DNA of 64,000 bases from Mytilus edulis. Its lineage: Eukaryota. The stretch covers positions 35,216,001 through 35,280,000 of the forward strand of contig NC_092350.1 in NCBI RefSeq assembly GCF_963676685.1, given 5' to 3'. A program made the position numbers and the translations under genes. The notes beneath the pieces are model-generated. The model was given only the letters and a program-made list of their open reading frames with translations, made no database searches and had not been told where the DNA came from. Positions within the stretch are counted from its first letter, which is position 1; each line of letters begins with the position of its first letter. Positions 14,801 to 27,235 of the stretch are shown piece after piece.

Positions 14801-17800
14801 ACACAGACTGACACACATATTTTAAATCTTTCTTTTCTAAATTCTCTTCTTCAATTTTGAAGATCTCTGAATTTATTATTTTTGAAGGTGGCTCTGACAA
14901 CACATTGGTTGCTTTTCTTTTACACGCAGTTCTGAAAAATTGACGTTCTAATTTCTGGACACTGATAATGAAAATATTATATTTCTTTTTAAAAATGAAA
15001 ATATGGTATTTTATACTGCCAAAATCTGCTATGAAATTTTAATAAAGCGAAAATGTATTTTATACTCGTGACAGTTGACTTGTATTTGCATTATAATTTT
15101 AAGAAAAATTGTTTTATAGTCTCTCAAAACTCTTTATAGAGTGGCTCTTGTTAACTTGTATTTCAAAAAGCTGTATATTTTATATGTAACAAGTGGCGAG
15201 ACTTTAATAAAGTATTTGTCTTGTCTTGTCTTGATTTAGGTAAAACATATTAACAGGTAAATGTGGCGCAATTCCATTTCATTTATTGGCGCAATTAATA
15301 CCATCAAAATAAAAGAGAGTGGCGCAATTAATACCTTTTCAAAACTGCAATTGGCGCAAATTGATTCTGCCCATATTTAGATACATTAAGAGCAATATTC
15401 AGAGAAATTAACAAAGACCTAATAGGGAATAATAACTTTCATAGTCAAATCAGTTTTACAACCTGAAATGTATTCTCTGTGACCTGTGTTGATAATATCA
15501 ATGAATATGCACTTTATATTATTTCTCCTCAATCTTTATTTGAACTTTACTTTATATACCTTTTTTTGTTAAAATTGATGGCCATTTGTCTTTTCAAAAT
15601 ATATCCCTTTCAGAAGTTCATTTTAGTACTTTTCTTAAAACTGTGATTTTTCTTATAAAAACATGTATACTGAAAATCATGATGACATATTTTACATGTA
15701 TGTTCAAGCATATTTTCGTATATTTGGCATATATTAATTAAAACTAATCCACACAAAATATATAATCTGTACCAGAGCTCGCCATGGTCTGTGATTCTTC
15801 CAAAGTTTACCTAGGTACCAGTCACTTTGGTTTTCTACCAATCCTATTGCCTAAAATAAACAGGATCAACATTCATAATTCATAGCTTAATATCAACCTG
15901 ACAATAAATAGTAAGAATATATTATCTCAAATACACAATAAAAAAAATTGTCAAAAATAAAACTTGTTATCCTTAAGCTCCTTATATTATTTATTGAAGT
16001 TACATTTTTTTTACTATTTGTTCATGTCAGAATATCTATTTTAACTGCACTCTTTCAAGTAGATTTACTGGTCAACTTGTTTTACATAGTAATAAAAATA
16101 GAAAATGTTGGATATATATGTAGAAGGTAACAATTAACCTTAATAAATTATCTGAGTTTTCTATTGGTTTTTTTTTTTTTTTGCATTACTTAAACTTGTG
16201 TTTTCTCTTGTTCAGATTAGGGTGTATTTTTATTGTTCATTTTTTTTCAAATATCAATCTCTTGTCTGTTCCTTCTTTGATAAAGGCTGTTATAACCATT
16301 ATCATATAGATTTGAATGTACAACTGCATTATTTTCATTTAGACTTGGAAAACCATTGTACTTCTGTTCACTTAAAGCTTTACCTTGGAACATTTCATTT
16401 ATTCGATTCCCTTATTTTCAATGACCTTATTTACTATTTTTCATTGTTTAACGGTATGGAAATATTGTAATTTGGTTAAACAAACAAAAAAATTAGAATA
16501 AAAATATTGTAGTTAAAGATTTGCCTTCAACAATTGGCGATATGACATTTACAAATAATTTCACTGGGAATGTAATCCCATAAATAACAGTAATTTTGAA
16601 GTAGGTGTTTTTCTTTCTATAGTGTTGTCTATTGAATATTAGTAATAAAAATAAGTGACATAAATATATAAATTGCATAAGAATTACATGTATACAAACA
16701 ATAATAAATATTAACCTTCTTGCCCTTTAGAATGCTGAATATCTTCCACAGTTCAGCAATATCTGTAGCAAATGTCACATCTGTATCTAATACTATAACC
16801 TAGTGAAATGAATAAAACATTTTCCTTTTAATTATAATATGTCAAAACAGAAAAACTTTCCACTGCATCGACCAATAATAGTTGTTTAGTAAGCATCATT
16901 TTATCAAATGGCCCAAGTTTATGGCAATAATTTTCAAGCCCATGACTCAAAGTTGGTGCAACTTACAATCCAAAATTTATTAATCTAATTTTTAATAGGG
17001 AAGTGTTAAGCATAAACAATTAATGTTGCAATGAAGTAGAATCAATACAATATGTATCATGTGTATGGTTACATCAATTTCACTAGAAACCTGTTAGTTT
17101 TCCTTCACATAAATAACCATTGTTTAAATTTTGCTAGCTAATTAAAACTAACAAAATTTGGCATTGCATGAAGGACATCTGACACGCCAGATTCATTAAA
17201 CATTTTTTGTTGGTCAAAAATCCAACAAATCATGTTTTGATTGTAAATTTTAAAGGATCTTTTTTTTGTCTATTATTAAAGTTTTACCTCAAATAAGGTG
17301 ATCATATAAATAAATTTATAGGTAATCTTTGACAAAGTATGATCATTTTGAATTTCTTAATACCTACCTTGGTGAGATTTTGTGGTAAAGTTTTTGGTAA
17401 TGTTAACTTCATCAAACCAAATACTCCTGAGTAATGTTTATTGGATATCCATACTACATCCTCCTACAATACAACATGCACACATATATGTTTTAAAACT
17501 AAAAAAAATCACAATTAGACTATATGTCAGCTCAAAACTCAGATCATGATTAAATAAACTCAGAAAATGCTGAAATAAACTCAGAAAATGCTGAAATAAA
17601 CTCAGAAAATGCTGAAATAAACTCAGAAAATGCTTAAATAAGTTATCATTATCTGTATTCTTACTTTAAAAAAACACAGCATAATTATCTTTTTATTTCA
17701 CAGCATATACATGATATAAGAAAATATAAATTAGAATTACCTGTACTTTGTCTGTTGAGTAAAAACTGAAATTTACTGAAATTAAGAAAAATTGTGTTTT

Positions 17801-20800
17801 CAATGAAACTCATTTTATGAAATACTTAAATACAATGAATTGACAGCAACCAGACTTAAATACAAGAGATTGACAGCAACCAGAATTAAATACAAAAGAT
17901 TAACAGCAACCAGATGTTTTTCATGAATATGATATTTGCTAATCTAAACCCTCAAATAGGATCAAACATAAAAAAGAAATGAATACTTGTACGGTTCATT
18001 AATGGAAAGGTCAAAATCAGTATCACTTTTCTCTACTAAAAGGTCTACAAATCAACAACGCTGAAAGCTTAAAAATGGTGAAAATCATTAATAGTGCTTT
18101 TCTTTCACATGTTTCAGGCAGTGTATGGATGCCAGATGGAAAAATAGTTTAATTGGTTCTTATCCTGAATATGCATGGATATTTGCCACAATTAAAACAC
18201 CTTAACTAATACCAAATCATTTTTCCTATGTACATGTACAAAATCACTGTTCTTTTTGCACCCATATGACTGTGCACTCTCCCCAACTAATTATGTTCCT
18301 TCAGTTTTCTAAACTGATGACTTTCAGCCAGAGCTCATACCAATGTAAAAGAAGGATAAATGTGTGTGAAAAGATATGGCTCTTTATAGACAAAGGAGTA
18401 GGTTCAGTAAGACCCCATTTTGGCCCCAAAATATAGAAGTTTTGCAAAATTGTGAAAATGTAATCCTTTAGCTATTTATTGGAAAGTAAAATGCTTCTGC
18501 TACACAAATATGGTCTGTTTTTGACAATACAATGCACATATATCGGGTACTAACATCATTAAGTCATGCTAAATTACTGAAATCTTCACAATTTTAGCAT
18601 TTTGGTTTAAATTTTAGACGGTTTCCGTCTCAAATGAAAGTGGCTGCATTCGTGTTCATGCATAATATTGAAATGTAAGTTATATTTAATGATAATACAT
18701 GACATATATAAAGGTTGAGGATGAACACGGATGTTTCACATTCATTTTTGACAAAAACCATCTGAAAAATTACGATTTTTTGCATATTTGATAGATTTTT
18801 CATATTTTTGCTTGAATCGGAGGGTTTTTAATGACTTAATCAGCTAAAATCTTTCACATACTAATTGAATCAATTGAAATAGACACTTAAGTGTTTAAAA
18901 AGTGTCCAAAATCTTTCGTTAGATGAACCTGAAATTTGAGGCCAAAATCAGCCCTTACCGGACCTACTCCTTTTGTAATTTTTGTTCAGAGATTTTTTTT
19001 TATGGATAAATGTATTCCTGTAATATACTTTTTCCTGTGTCACAGAAATAATTTCAAGTTATCAGATTCAATTAAGTTCAAGCGGATGAATAACATTTTG
19101 ACAAAATTTTACCCTAATAAGGACTAAAATCCTTACAAATTACTCATATAAATAAATGTAAATACCTTCAGGAACATTCCATGTTTCAAACAGCTGTGTC
19201 AAAATAAGTTCTGCTATATGATCTGATATAAAGTGGAAGTGGAGAGGGTTCTTTCTGTAGAACAATACACTTTTAATTAATGTGACAACACTCCTTGTGG
19301 CACTGTGTCCAGCACAAACAATGGCTATGTGTATTACCTGTAACGAATAATATCAAAGTTTCGTTGCTGATATTTCTACTCAATCTACATTATTATTTTT
19401 AGAAAGGACATAAGGAATGAAGATTATCAACTGTCCTGTACAAATCTTTCGTACAAAGTTTTATTGCATTCATATATTTTAGTGGAAAATTATTGTGTAT
19501 CACACTTCCCAATTTTATATTTCTTATTCGCATTTTGATATTTCTTGTTCAGAGTTTACCTATCTAAATAGTTTTTATTGCCCACCTACCTCACACTTGG
19601 GTATTTCCAGTTCAGCGTTAAGACATCTTATTAAAGTTTTATTGCCATTATATGTTGTACCATTCTGTACAGCAATACTCATCTGTAGGCCCATTAGTTT
19701 ATTTCTTGTTTTACTGTTATATTAAAAAGATACAATTATAGATGAAACTTATGAAAGATAAAAAAAAAAAAAAAGCTACAATTGTTTGCACCTATCCTAA
19801 GTCAGGAATCTGATGTTCAGTAGTTGTTATTTGTTGATGTGGTTAAAACATGTTTCTCTATTCTCATTTTGCATATATATTAGACCATTGGTTTTCCCAT
19901 TTGAATGGTTTTACATTTGTATTTTTTTAGGCCCTTTATGGCTTGTCTGTTTGGCGTGAGCCAAGGCTCCGTGTATATCTATTGAATTATACGTGTACTA
20001 TGGTAGCAAGATGCATAGATTTAAAGTATATAAATTACAATGAATTAATTAGTTTTTATCCTCAAAAAACAAGAATTTTTAATTATCAAACATTTAATTT
20101 GGTATAAAATGTAGTTTATTCATATTTTGAACAGAACACATAAACATGACATATTAACATGATTAACGTTTAGAAGAAAGAGGTTAGTTAGTGTTTGTGT
20201 TTAAAATTTGACAACAATACACATGAAAAATTTGTTTCATATTTTGCTTGTCAGATCATTTTATAGCCAACCATAGGGTATGGGTTTTTCTCATTGTTTA
20301 AGGCAGTACATTTGCTTATAATTACATACATTCACTTCATTTGAACTTTGGTGGATAGTTGTCTCATACATGTATGGCATAGGCAGTTTTATTTTTATAT
20401 TGTTCAAATTAACCTATTTGTGCAAGATTATAGGATTCATTGTACATGTAAGGTCCTTATTATCATTTGTACCTCAGTTGCTTCCTGAGGACTTTGTTTT
20501 CTTGATCTGCTTCTTTCAATCTCTGTGCAAGTCTGGACTCCAAAATTTGCCCAGCTTGACCGTCATATTTTGGGATTTCTATAATAAAAATGAAAATAAT
20601 AAATATGTATCATTAAGAATTTGCATTGATGTATTAGTGTTCTATGTTCACTTCATAAGTCTTCTGAAAAATTGACCTTTTGAGTAATTTATATTCATAT
20701 TTGAATTTTACAGTAAATGTATTCAATTGATAAATATGTCAATATGTTTTACCTACATTTTACATGATACACAATCATCATGATCATTACATTCCAGATC

Positions 20801-21141
20801 ATTAGTTTATGACCAAATTTATTCATTTCAATATATAACTGTAGTTGTATACTTTTCCTAGTTTTTTTATATACCATGTTGAAAATAATCAGGCAGCGGA
20901 CACAAATGAGAGATGAAGAAATCTAAAATTTATGAATAGCAAACATTTTGCGTTTGGGAAACATTTTGATACATGTAATGGCAATTTGTACAAAATCTAT
21001 TATTTGTCTTTCTAATTCACTCTACAGATAACATTGATAATTACCATCAGTAGTTAAAGCTAAGTAAACCAAAATACATGTTGGAAATGCTCCTATTATC
21101 ACTAACACAGCCAAAGTCTGCTTTCTCATTCTTATCAGCAT
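5863..21141 (-). CDS. LARGE: LARGE xylosyl- and glucuronyltransferase, 18 coding exons, ~721 aa. Exons: 21141-21045, 20578-20473, 19713-19590, 19337-19166, 17775-17741, 17463-17368, 16799-16716, 15850-15773, 14373-14242, 12951-12826, 12582-12424, 11792-11484, 10860-10705, 9999-9893, 7498-7426, 7253-7129, 6630-6532, 5950-5863
   Basis: All introns are GT-AG with consistent phases; total 2166 nt. N-terminal type II anchor [29 protein letters not shown], coiled coil ([14 protein letters not shown]), GT8 motifs ([48 protein letters not shown]) and GT49 motifs ([60 protein letters not shown]). Confidence 0.96.
7526..8962 (+). mobile_element. Composite Helentron/HINE-like elements in a LARGE intron
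   Basis: Same 5' box as 2721, internal tandem units and (GAC)n. A second repeat-bearing unit runs ~8380-8962. Confidence 0.6.
9310..9781 (+). mobile_element. HINE-like element with two ~170-bp internal repeats
   Basis: AAACAAGAATGTGTCC start, duplicated core, degenerate tetranucleotide tract and GGGGCATAAAA end. Confidence 0.55.
14424..15372. mobile_element. Non-autonomous TIR element with 8-bp TSD in a LARGE intron
   Basis: Ends GGGC...GCCC. TSD ATATTTAG at 14416-14423 and 15373-15380. Repeated TGCGCCA motifs at the left end are mirrored by TGGCGCA at the right end. Confidence 0.85.
17552..17641. repeat. Minisatellite, 21 bp x ~4
   Basis: AAATAAACTCAGAAAATGCTG repeated. Confidence 0.9.
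17827..17914. repeat. Minisatellite, 30 bp x 3
   Basis: TAAATACAA..ATTGACAGCAACCAGA repeated. Confidence 0.85.
18392..18973. mobile_element. Non-autonomous TIR element (possibly Kolobok-like)
   Basis: TIR AAAGGAGTAGGTTCAGTAAG versus CTTACCGGACCTACTCCTTT (18/20). Superfamily is tentative. Confidence 0.75.
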
Positions 21142-21695
21142 AGTGATAACCCATGGTCTCTCTCACTACATTGCATACTATTCTGAAAAATGAAGAAATA
21201 AAAATATGAAGCTTTATTAATCTTCTCCATGTTTTCTGGTCTAGATATTTCCATACTTTCATCACTTTAGAAAAAGTGAAGAAAAAAAATACAACAAACT
21301 AATGTTTCATTCTTTGGGAAGAAAACATTGTCATGATTATTGTCAGTGATTGTATCTTCAGCCTTTTCATCAGCATTCAGAGGAATTCAATAAACAAATA
21401 ACTTTGCAGAATAACCTAAACAAGTTATGTCTTGTATGTTGAAATATTCTTAAATAATTGCTTTTGTAAATTGTAAATATCATTGACATGTCCATCTTGT
21501 TCATTCAAACAGATTGAAAATGAAGTCAGGCGCGTAGCTCCCTATACGCTAACACGCAGTTGCGTGCACATCGATTCGGCATGCAAAAAAAAAAATGGCA
21601 AAATAAAAATTTATAGATTGAATGTTAAAGGAAACACCTATTTTGTCACTTTTTAAATTGATGAAATATCATTAAATAACGGCATTTGGTTTCAA

Positions 21696-21796
21696 AATAA
21701 AAGTGTTATTGGAGATTGTGACAAAATCGGACAGTAACTTGTAAAAGATACAAGTTACTGTCCGATTTTGTTATAATCTCCAATAACACTTTTATT
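21696..21796. repeat. 101-bp palindrome (48-bp arms, 5-nt loop) abutting the 18S fragment
   Basis: 21696-21743 is the reverse complement of 21749-21796 with 2 mismatches. Confidence 0.92.
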
Positions 21797-22286
21797 CGTA
21801 TATTAAAGTTGTTGCAGTTAAAAAGCTCGTAATTGGATCTCGGGTCCAGGTTGGCGGTCCGACGCCTATTGGTTACTGCCTGCTCCTGACCTACCTCCCG
21901 GTTTTTCGCCCTTGGTGCTCTTGATTGAGTGTCTCGGGTGGCCGGAACGTTTACTTTGAAAAAATTAGAGTGTTCAAAGCAGGCAATATCGCCTGAATAA
22001 TGGTGCATGGAATAATGGAATAGGACCTCGGTTCTATTTTGCTGGTTTTCGGAGCTCGAGGTAATGATTAAGAGGGACTGACGGGGGCATTCGTATTACG
22101 GTGTTAGAGGTGAAATTCTTGGATCGCCGTAAGACGAACTACTGCGAAAGCATTTGCCAAGCATGTTTTCATTAGTCAAGAACGAAAGTCAGAGGTTCGA
22201 AGACGATCAGATACCGTCGTAGCTCTGACCATAAACGATGCCAACTAGCGATCCGCCAGAGTTGCTTCAATGACTCGGCAGGCAGC
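21797..22286 (+). pseudogene. Dispersed 18S rRNA gene fragment (~490 bp, V4-V5 region)
   Basis: Contains universal 18S blocks CGTATATTAAAGTTGTTGCAGTTAAAAAGCTCGT, TTTACTTTGAAAAAATTAGAGTGTTCAAAGC, GGTGAAATTCTTGGA, GCGAAAGCATTTGCCAAG, CAAGAACGAAAG and GATCAGATACCGTCGTAG. Truncated at both ends. Confidence 0.97.
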
Positions 22287-22673
22287 ACTCAGTCTATGTA
22301 GTTTTTGGAGCACATTTTACAGTTTACGGTTCATCAGTTTGGAATGAAATGTACCAATCGGCATTAGAATTATCAGAACCCTTCGATATCGTTGAAAATA
22401 TGCCGAGGCGATGTGGTCGACAGACTACCAGAGCCAATCATCCTGCAAACACGCCAAAACAGTATTGGAAAGTCTCATTATTTTTTGCGTATGTTGAAAA
22501 CAAATGTACGATCAACAATGAACGACGACAGTTACTAGCATTACTGCATATTCATCGGCATTTCAGTGTGAATATTGACAGTTAAAGTAATAGAGAAGTT
22601 TGTTTCTGCCTAGACACGAAAAGCAGATTTTGGACAATTTTGAGTAAATTCTGTATCATAAATATGTGAATTT

Positions 22674-23034
22674 TAATGTGCGTATTGTTATGCGTTTACT
22701 TTTCTGCATTGGCTAGAGGTATAGGGGGAGGGTTGAGATCTCACAAACATGTTTAACCCGCCGCATTTTTGCGCCTGTCCCAAGTCAGGAGCCTCTGGCC
22801 TTTGTTAGTCTTGTATCATTTTAACTTTTAGTTTCTTGTGTACAATTTGGAATTTAGTATGGCGTTCATTATCACTAAACTAGTATACATTTGTTTAGGG
22901 GCCAGCTGAAGGACACCTCCGGGTGCGGGAATTTCTCGTTGCATTGAAGACCTGTTGGTGACCTTCTGCTGTTGTCTGCTCTGTGGTCGGGTTGTTGTCT
23001 CTTTGGCACATTCCCAATTTCCATTCTCAATTTT
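22674..23034. repeat. Unclassified ~360-bp interspersed repeat, copy 1 (nested in the hAT element)
   Basis: Highly similar to 52044-52403 (TAATGTGCGTATTGTTATGCG...CCATTCTCAATTTT). A partial inverted copy is at ~63435-63570. Confidence 0.85.
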
Positions 23035-24370
23035 GTTGTTTATGTATTACTCTATTCAGAAGATTTATTAATAGTTTTACATTCATAATTTTTTTATAAG
23101 TCCTATCTACAGATAACTCCTCTTTTAACCGTCCTATGACCGAAAACCGAAAAAGAAAACATTTTTCTGCATAAAAAGGTCCCAAAAATTTTTCGCCTCG
23201 CTCCGCTCGGCAGAATTTGCTTGCACATGGTTTCTATCTAGCTACGCCCCTGGAAGTATAACATGTATAATAGAGTTTTCTCAAACAAAATAATGTGTCA
23301 TGCTTGTTGAAGTAATATTTGGACATTTTTTATTCAGAAACCTTTCACAAGTTAAAATTTTGAACTTAATTTGATTTTGATGGATAAAGATTACATTAAT
23401 TTATAAATGTGTTTTAAACATTCAACATGTGTGTACCATTGATGATCAATTAACAATTTACTTTATTAGCATGATTAGCATGTTTTCTTTTTCTTTTTTT
23501 CTTTGTTATAGATTATTAATAGATAAATAAGCTTTTAATTACTATTAAATGAATGAACTGCCCTGGTTGACCTGAGGTAATTTGAGGAAAACATGATATT
23601 GGACATTTAGACCTAACATGCCTAAAGACCTTTGCTTTGTGACATCATTCATTTTCTTTTACGAAAAATGCATTAATTTGATAATTATGTTCATATGTAC
23701 ATGTAAAGCAAAATTTTGTCATCTGCACCAAGACAATCATAAAAATATTTCATAACTACAATATATGTACCATAAAATATTGTCCATATCTATGAAAAAA
23801 ATTCCAGAGAAGGACACAGTTTCATTGTGAAATTTGGTTTTTATATAGACAATATTTCACAGATTAATACTTAGTAAAATGTATGAAATTTTGTCCTGTT
23901 AAAGGGAGGTAATATTTCATTGTATTGAGACAATATTTCATAGACAGATTATCATGAATTTTGTATCATGAAGGAGAGGTTACAACATATATATGAATTT
24001 GGATAATGATCAATGATGATATCATTAAAATAGTTTATTTGATTGATAATAACAAATAAACACAAATTAATAATAGATGCAGGTATAAACAGAACAGTAT
24101 TTTTGCTCATCGATGGATGGCAAGGATACAAAACACTTTTCGAATATCACCGTCATAAAGTTGTAACGTAGGGCATTTCTGAAAATCAGAACAGTTTTCA
24201 GAAGAAAGGCAAATTCATTTTGTTTACAAAATATTGAAATGTATTCTAAATGTTTTGACAAGAAAAAGTGATGTCACAAAAACCCCTTGTATTAAGTTGT
24301 AATTCATGAAGATAAACTTGAAAAAGTACTGCATACTTGCTTTACAAAATAATTTCAGTAATATAAATCT

Positions 24371-26827
24371 AACCAGATGCTCCACAGGGTGCAGCTTTAT
24401 ACGACCGCAGAGGTCGAACCCTGAACGGTTGGGTCAAGTATGGACACAACATTCAAGCTGGATACAGCTCTGAATTTGGATTGTGATTAAATACTTGACA
24501 CAGCATAGGTTTCTGACACAGAATGAATGTTGTCTAATGAACTCAAATTTTTTTTTTGCTTTTGAGCAATTCACTATGCTGTTAAATATTAATCCTCTCA
24601 AAAAAAAATGTTTGAAGAAATTTTCTTTTTAATTTATCTGAACTGAGAAAAATTGAACCCCCCCTCCCCCAATTTTTTTGTTCACCTCCCCCTTCCCCTT
24701 ATTCCAAAAATGATCTCAATTCAAATTTCTAATGGAGTTTACAACAATAACTACTCATTTAAATACATCATAAAGTATTTAAATAAAAAATGTCATACAG
24801 CCATGGTTAAAATTAATATTAATTAATAGTAACTTCTAAAAAAATAAATGGGGAATATGTCCAAAGGGACACAGATGATGCCTCTGCTAGCATATAATGT
24901 TATAAAGGGACATAGCTCAAGAACTGTAAAAGTGAAGCTGCCAAAAATTGAACTTAAAACTTGTAAAGGAGCATAACCCTAGAATAATAATCAAAGTGCT
25001 TGTAATCACTAAATGGTAAAGATTGCTTTAATTTATCAGTTGGTAGTAAAAGTGAATATTGCACTGTATATTGTATATATAGCATTGATTTAAGTTGATT
25101 CAGCTATTATTCTTGACAAAGAAAGATAACTCCAATTTTCAAAGATTTCATAAAGCATTGGTTTAAGTTGTCATAACTTCATCTTTAACTTACATTTTTA
25201 ACAGAATAATAGATACAAGTACATTTCCCTGTGTTTTAAAGAATGCAAGAGTAACCCCTGTTTTTAAAGCTGGTGAAAAATTCATGGCAACAAATTATAG
25301 ACCAATTTCTGTACTTCCAGTTTTATCAAAACTTTTAGAAAAGCATGTTTCAAAACATTTGTTTGACTATCTTAAAAGATTAGATCTTTTACACCCAGCA
25401 CAGTCTGGGTTTCGACAAGAACACTCTTGCCAAACTGCCCTTATCAATATCATAGATAAATGGATACAGGATATGAATGATGGTAATATCAACTTAGCAG
25501 TCCTGTTGGATTTTAAGAAAGCTTTTGATGTAGTAGATCATGATATCCTCTGTAAAAAACTTGAAATTTATGGATTTGATAATACTGCTGTTTCTTTTTT
25601 TCAATCGTATTTGAATGAAAGAACTCAACAAGTACAAATTGGTAATGCTCATTCTGAAAAACTTCATATCAAGTATGGTGTTCCCCAAGGCTCCATATTA
25701 GGCCCCCTTCTGTTTATATTATACATCAACGACCTTCCTATTTATATGAAAAATTGTTGCACTGATTTATATGCCGATGATTCAACCTTACATCTTTCTG
25801 GTAATTGTTATCAAACTCTTCAGTCAAAGGTACAAGAAGATTTACATGGTGTAGAGGCATGGTGCAATGATAACAATATGTTCATCAATAAAAATAAAAC
25901 AAAATATATGATTATTGGAACGAAGCAAAGAGCAATGCCACATTACAATGAGAGTTGTTTAACTATTAACAATCAAGTGATACAATCTTCCACATGCGAA
26001 AGTCTTTTAGGCATTAAAATTGACCCTTCCCTCACATGGACAACCCAAATTGACTTGATCTGCTCAAAAATATCATCTAGACTATATCTACTATTAAAGA
26101 TTAAAAAATTTCTAAATCTAGACTGCAGAAAATTATTCTATAATGGTTATATCTTGCCACTTATTGATTATTGTTGTATAGTGTGGAGTAGTTGTAGCAG
26201 TGAGGGTTTAAAAAGGATATTAAAATTACAAAAGAGGGCTGCTAGATTAATACTAGAAACAGACCCATTCGCTCCTTCTGCACCCTTATTCAAACACTTA
26301 AACTGGATGACAGTTGAACAGAGAATAAAATATCATAAGTTAGTGATGACATTTAAGTGTATTAATAATGATGCCCCATCATATCTTACTAACAAGTTTC
26401 ATTATGTTTCAGACAGAAATCCGTACCCCTTGAGAAATGCTGTTCAAGGAAACCTCATACTCCCTAAACCAAAAACAGAATTATTCAAAAAATCTTTTAT
26501 GTATTCTGGACCATACTTGTGGAATAATTTGCCAATACAGTTAAGAAATATTACAAATATTAATTCTTTCAAATACAAAATAGCAGATCATTTATTGAAA
26601 TCAACCTAACTGTATAAATAATATAAAAAACTGATCATGTCATCATGTTTATTTTTTCATCACATTTTATCAAGTTGTATTGAACATTATTATCACACTT
26701 GACTTTTTATGCTAATGTATGTATGCAATGTACTAGTATATGTTTGTGTTTTGTTTGATTTTTCATTACGAGGGCCTCAGGGAAGATTAGTTATATAGCT
26801 AACTGTGTAACCCTCTTAAAATAAAGT

Positions 26828-26858
<31 letters not shown>

Positions 26859-27235
26859 ATTCAAATACCATTCTGGCTAAAGAAAGATAACTCCAATTTA
26901 TTGTCTTGAAACTACAAAAATTATTGTTTTTGGCCCCTTTTTGGCCCTTTATTCCTAGACTGTTTGCCCCATAACCCTTAAAATATATCCCAACCTTCTA
27001 CTTATGGTATTAAACAATGGTGTACAATTTCCTAAACCTTAGGGAACATAACCCACAAAATCAATCCCAAACTTCCTTTTTAGGTTATAAACATTGTATT
27101 AAAATTTTATTAATTTCTATTTCCAAATGTACTTATACTAATGTTATTATCTGGATACAAATATTTATTTTACAAATATTTATTTATTGGCACACACTCA
27201 ATTACAATAATTGGCAACGGCCCATACAACTAGTA
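24371..27235 (+). mobile_element. Composite HINE-like region interrupted by the LINE at 25171-26858
   Basis: Same 5' box as 2721 and 7526; the host repeat unit resumes immediately after the LINE tail. Confidence 0.6.
25171..26858 (+). mobile_element. 5'-truncated non-LTR retrotransposon (L2/CR1 group) with an open RT frame to 26609 and a (GTT)n tail
   Basis: RT motifs NYRPISVLP, QSGFR, DFKKAFD, GVPQGSILGP, YADD. The frame is open from ~25173. The 3' UTR ends in AATAAA plus (GTT)n. The element splits a host repeat unit at AAGTTG^ATTC. Confidence 0.93.

Larger units (their letters stand above)
21527..23252 (+). mobile_element. Non-autonomous hAT-derived DNA transposon (1.7 kb) carrying a hairpin, the 18S fragment, a transposase remnant and a nested repeat
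   Basis: TIRs CAGGCGCGTAGCT / AGCTACGCCCCTG (12/13 match). 5-bp TSD GAAGT at 21522-21526 and 23253-23257. Remnant at 22349-22585 (PRRCGRQTTRANHP..YWKVSLF, ERRQLLALLHIHR) resembles the ZMYM1/THAP12-type hAT C-terminus. Confidence 0.85.

Noticed and set aside
17552-17914. CRISPR-like arrays
   Set aside because: Head-to-tail minisatellites without unique spacers in a eukaryotic intron; no cas genes.
21706-22008. 100-aa minus-strand ORF
   Set aside because: It is the antisense reading of the 18S fragment and palindrome.
21797-22286. Functional rRNA gene or rDNA unit
   Set aside because: Only ~490 bp of 18S, with no ITS, 5.8S or 28S, and enclosed by TIRs and a TSD.
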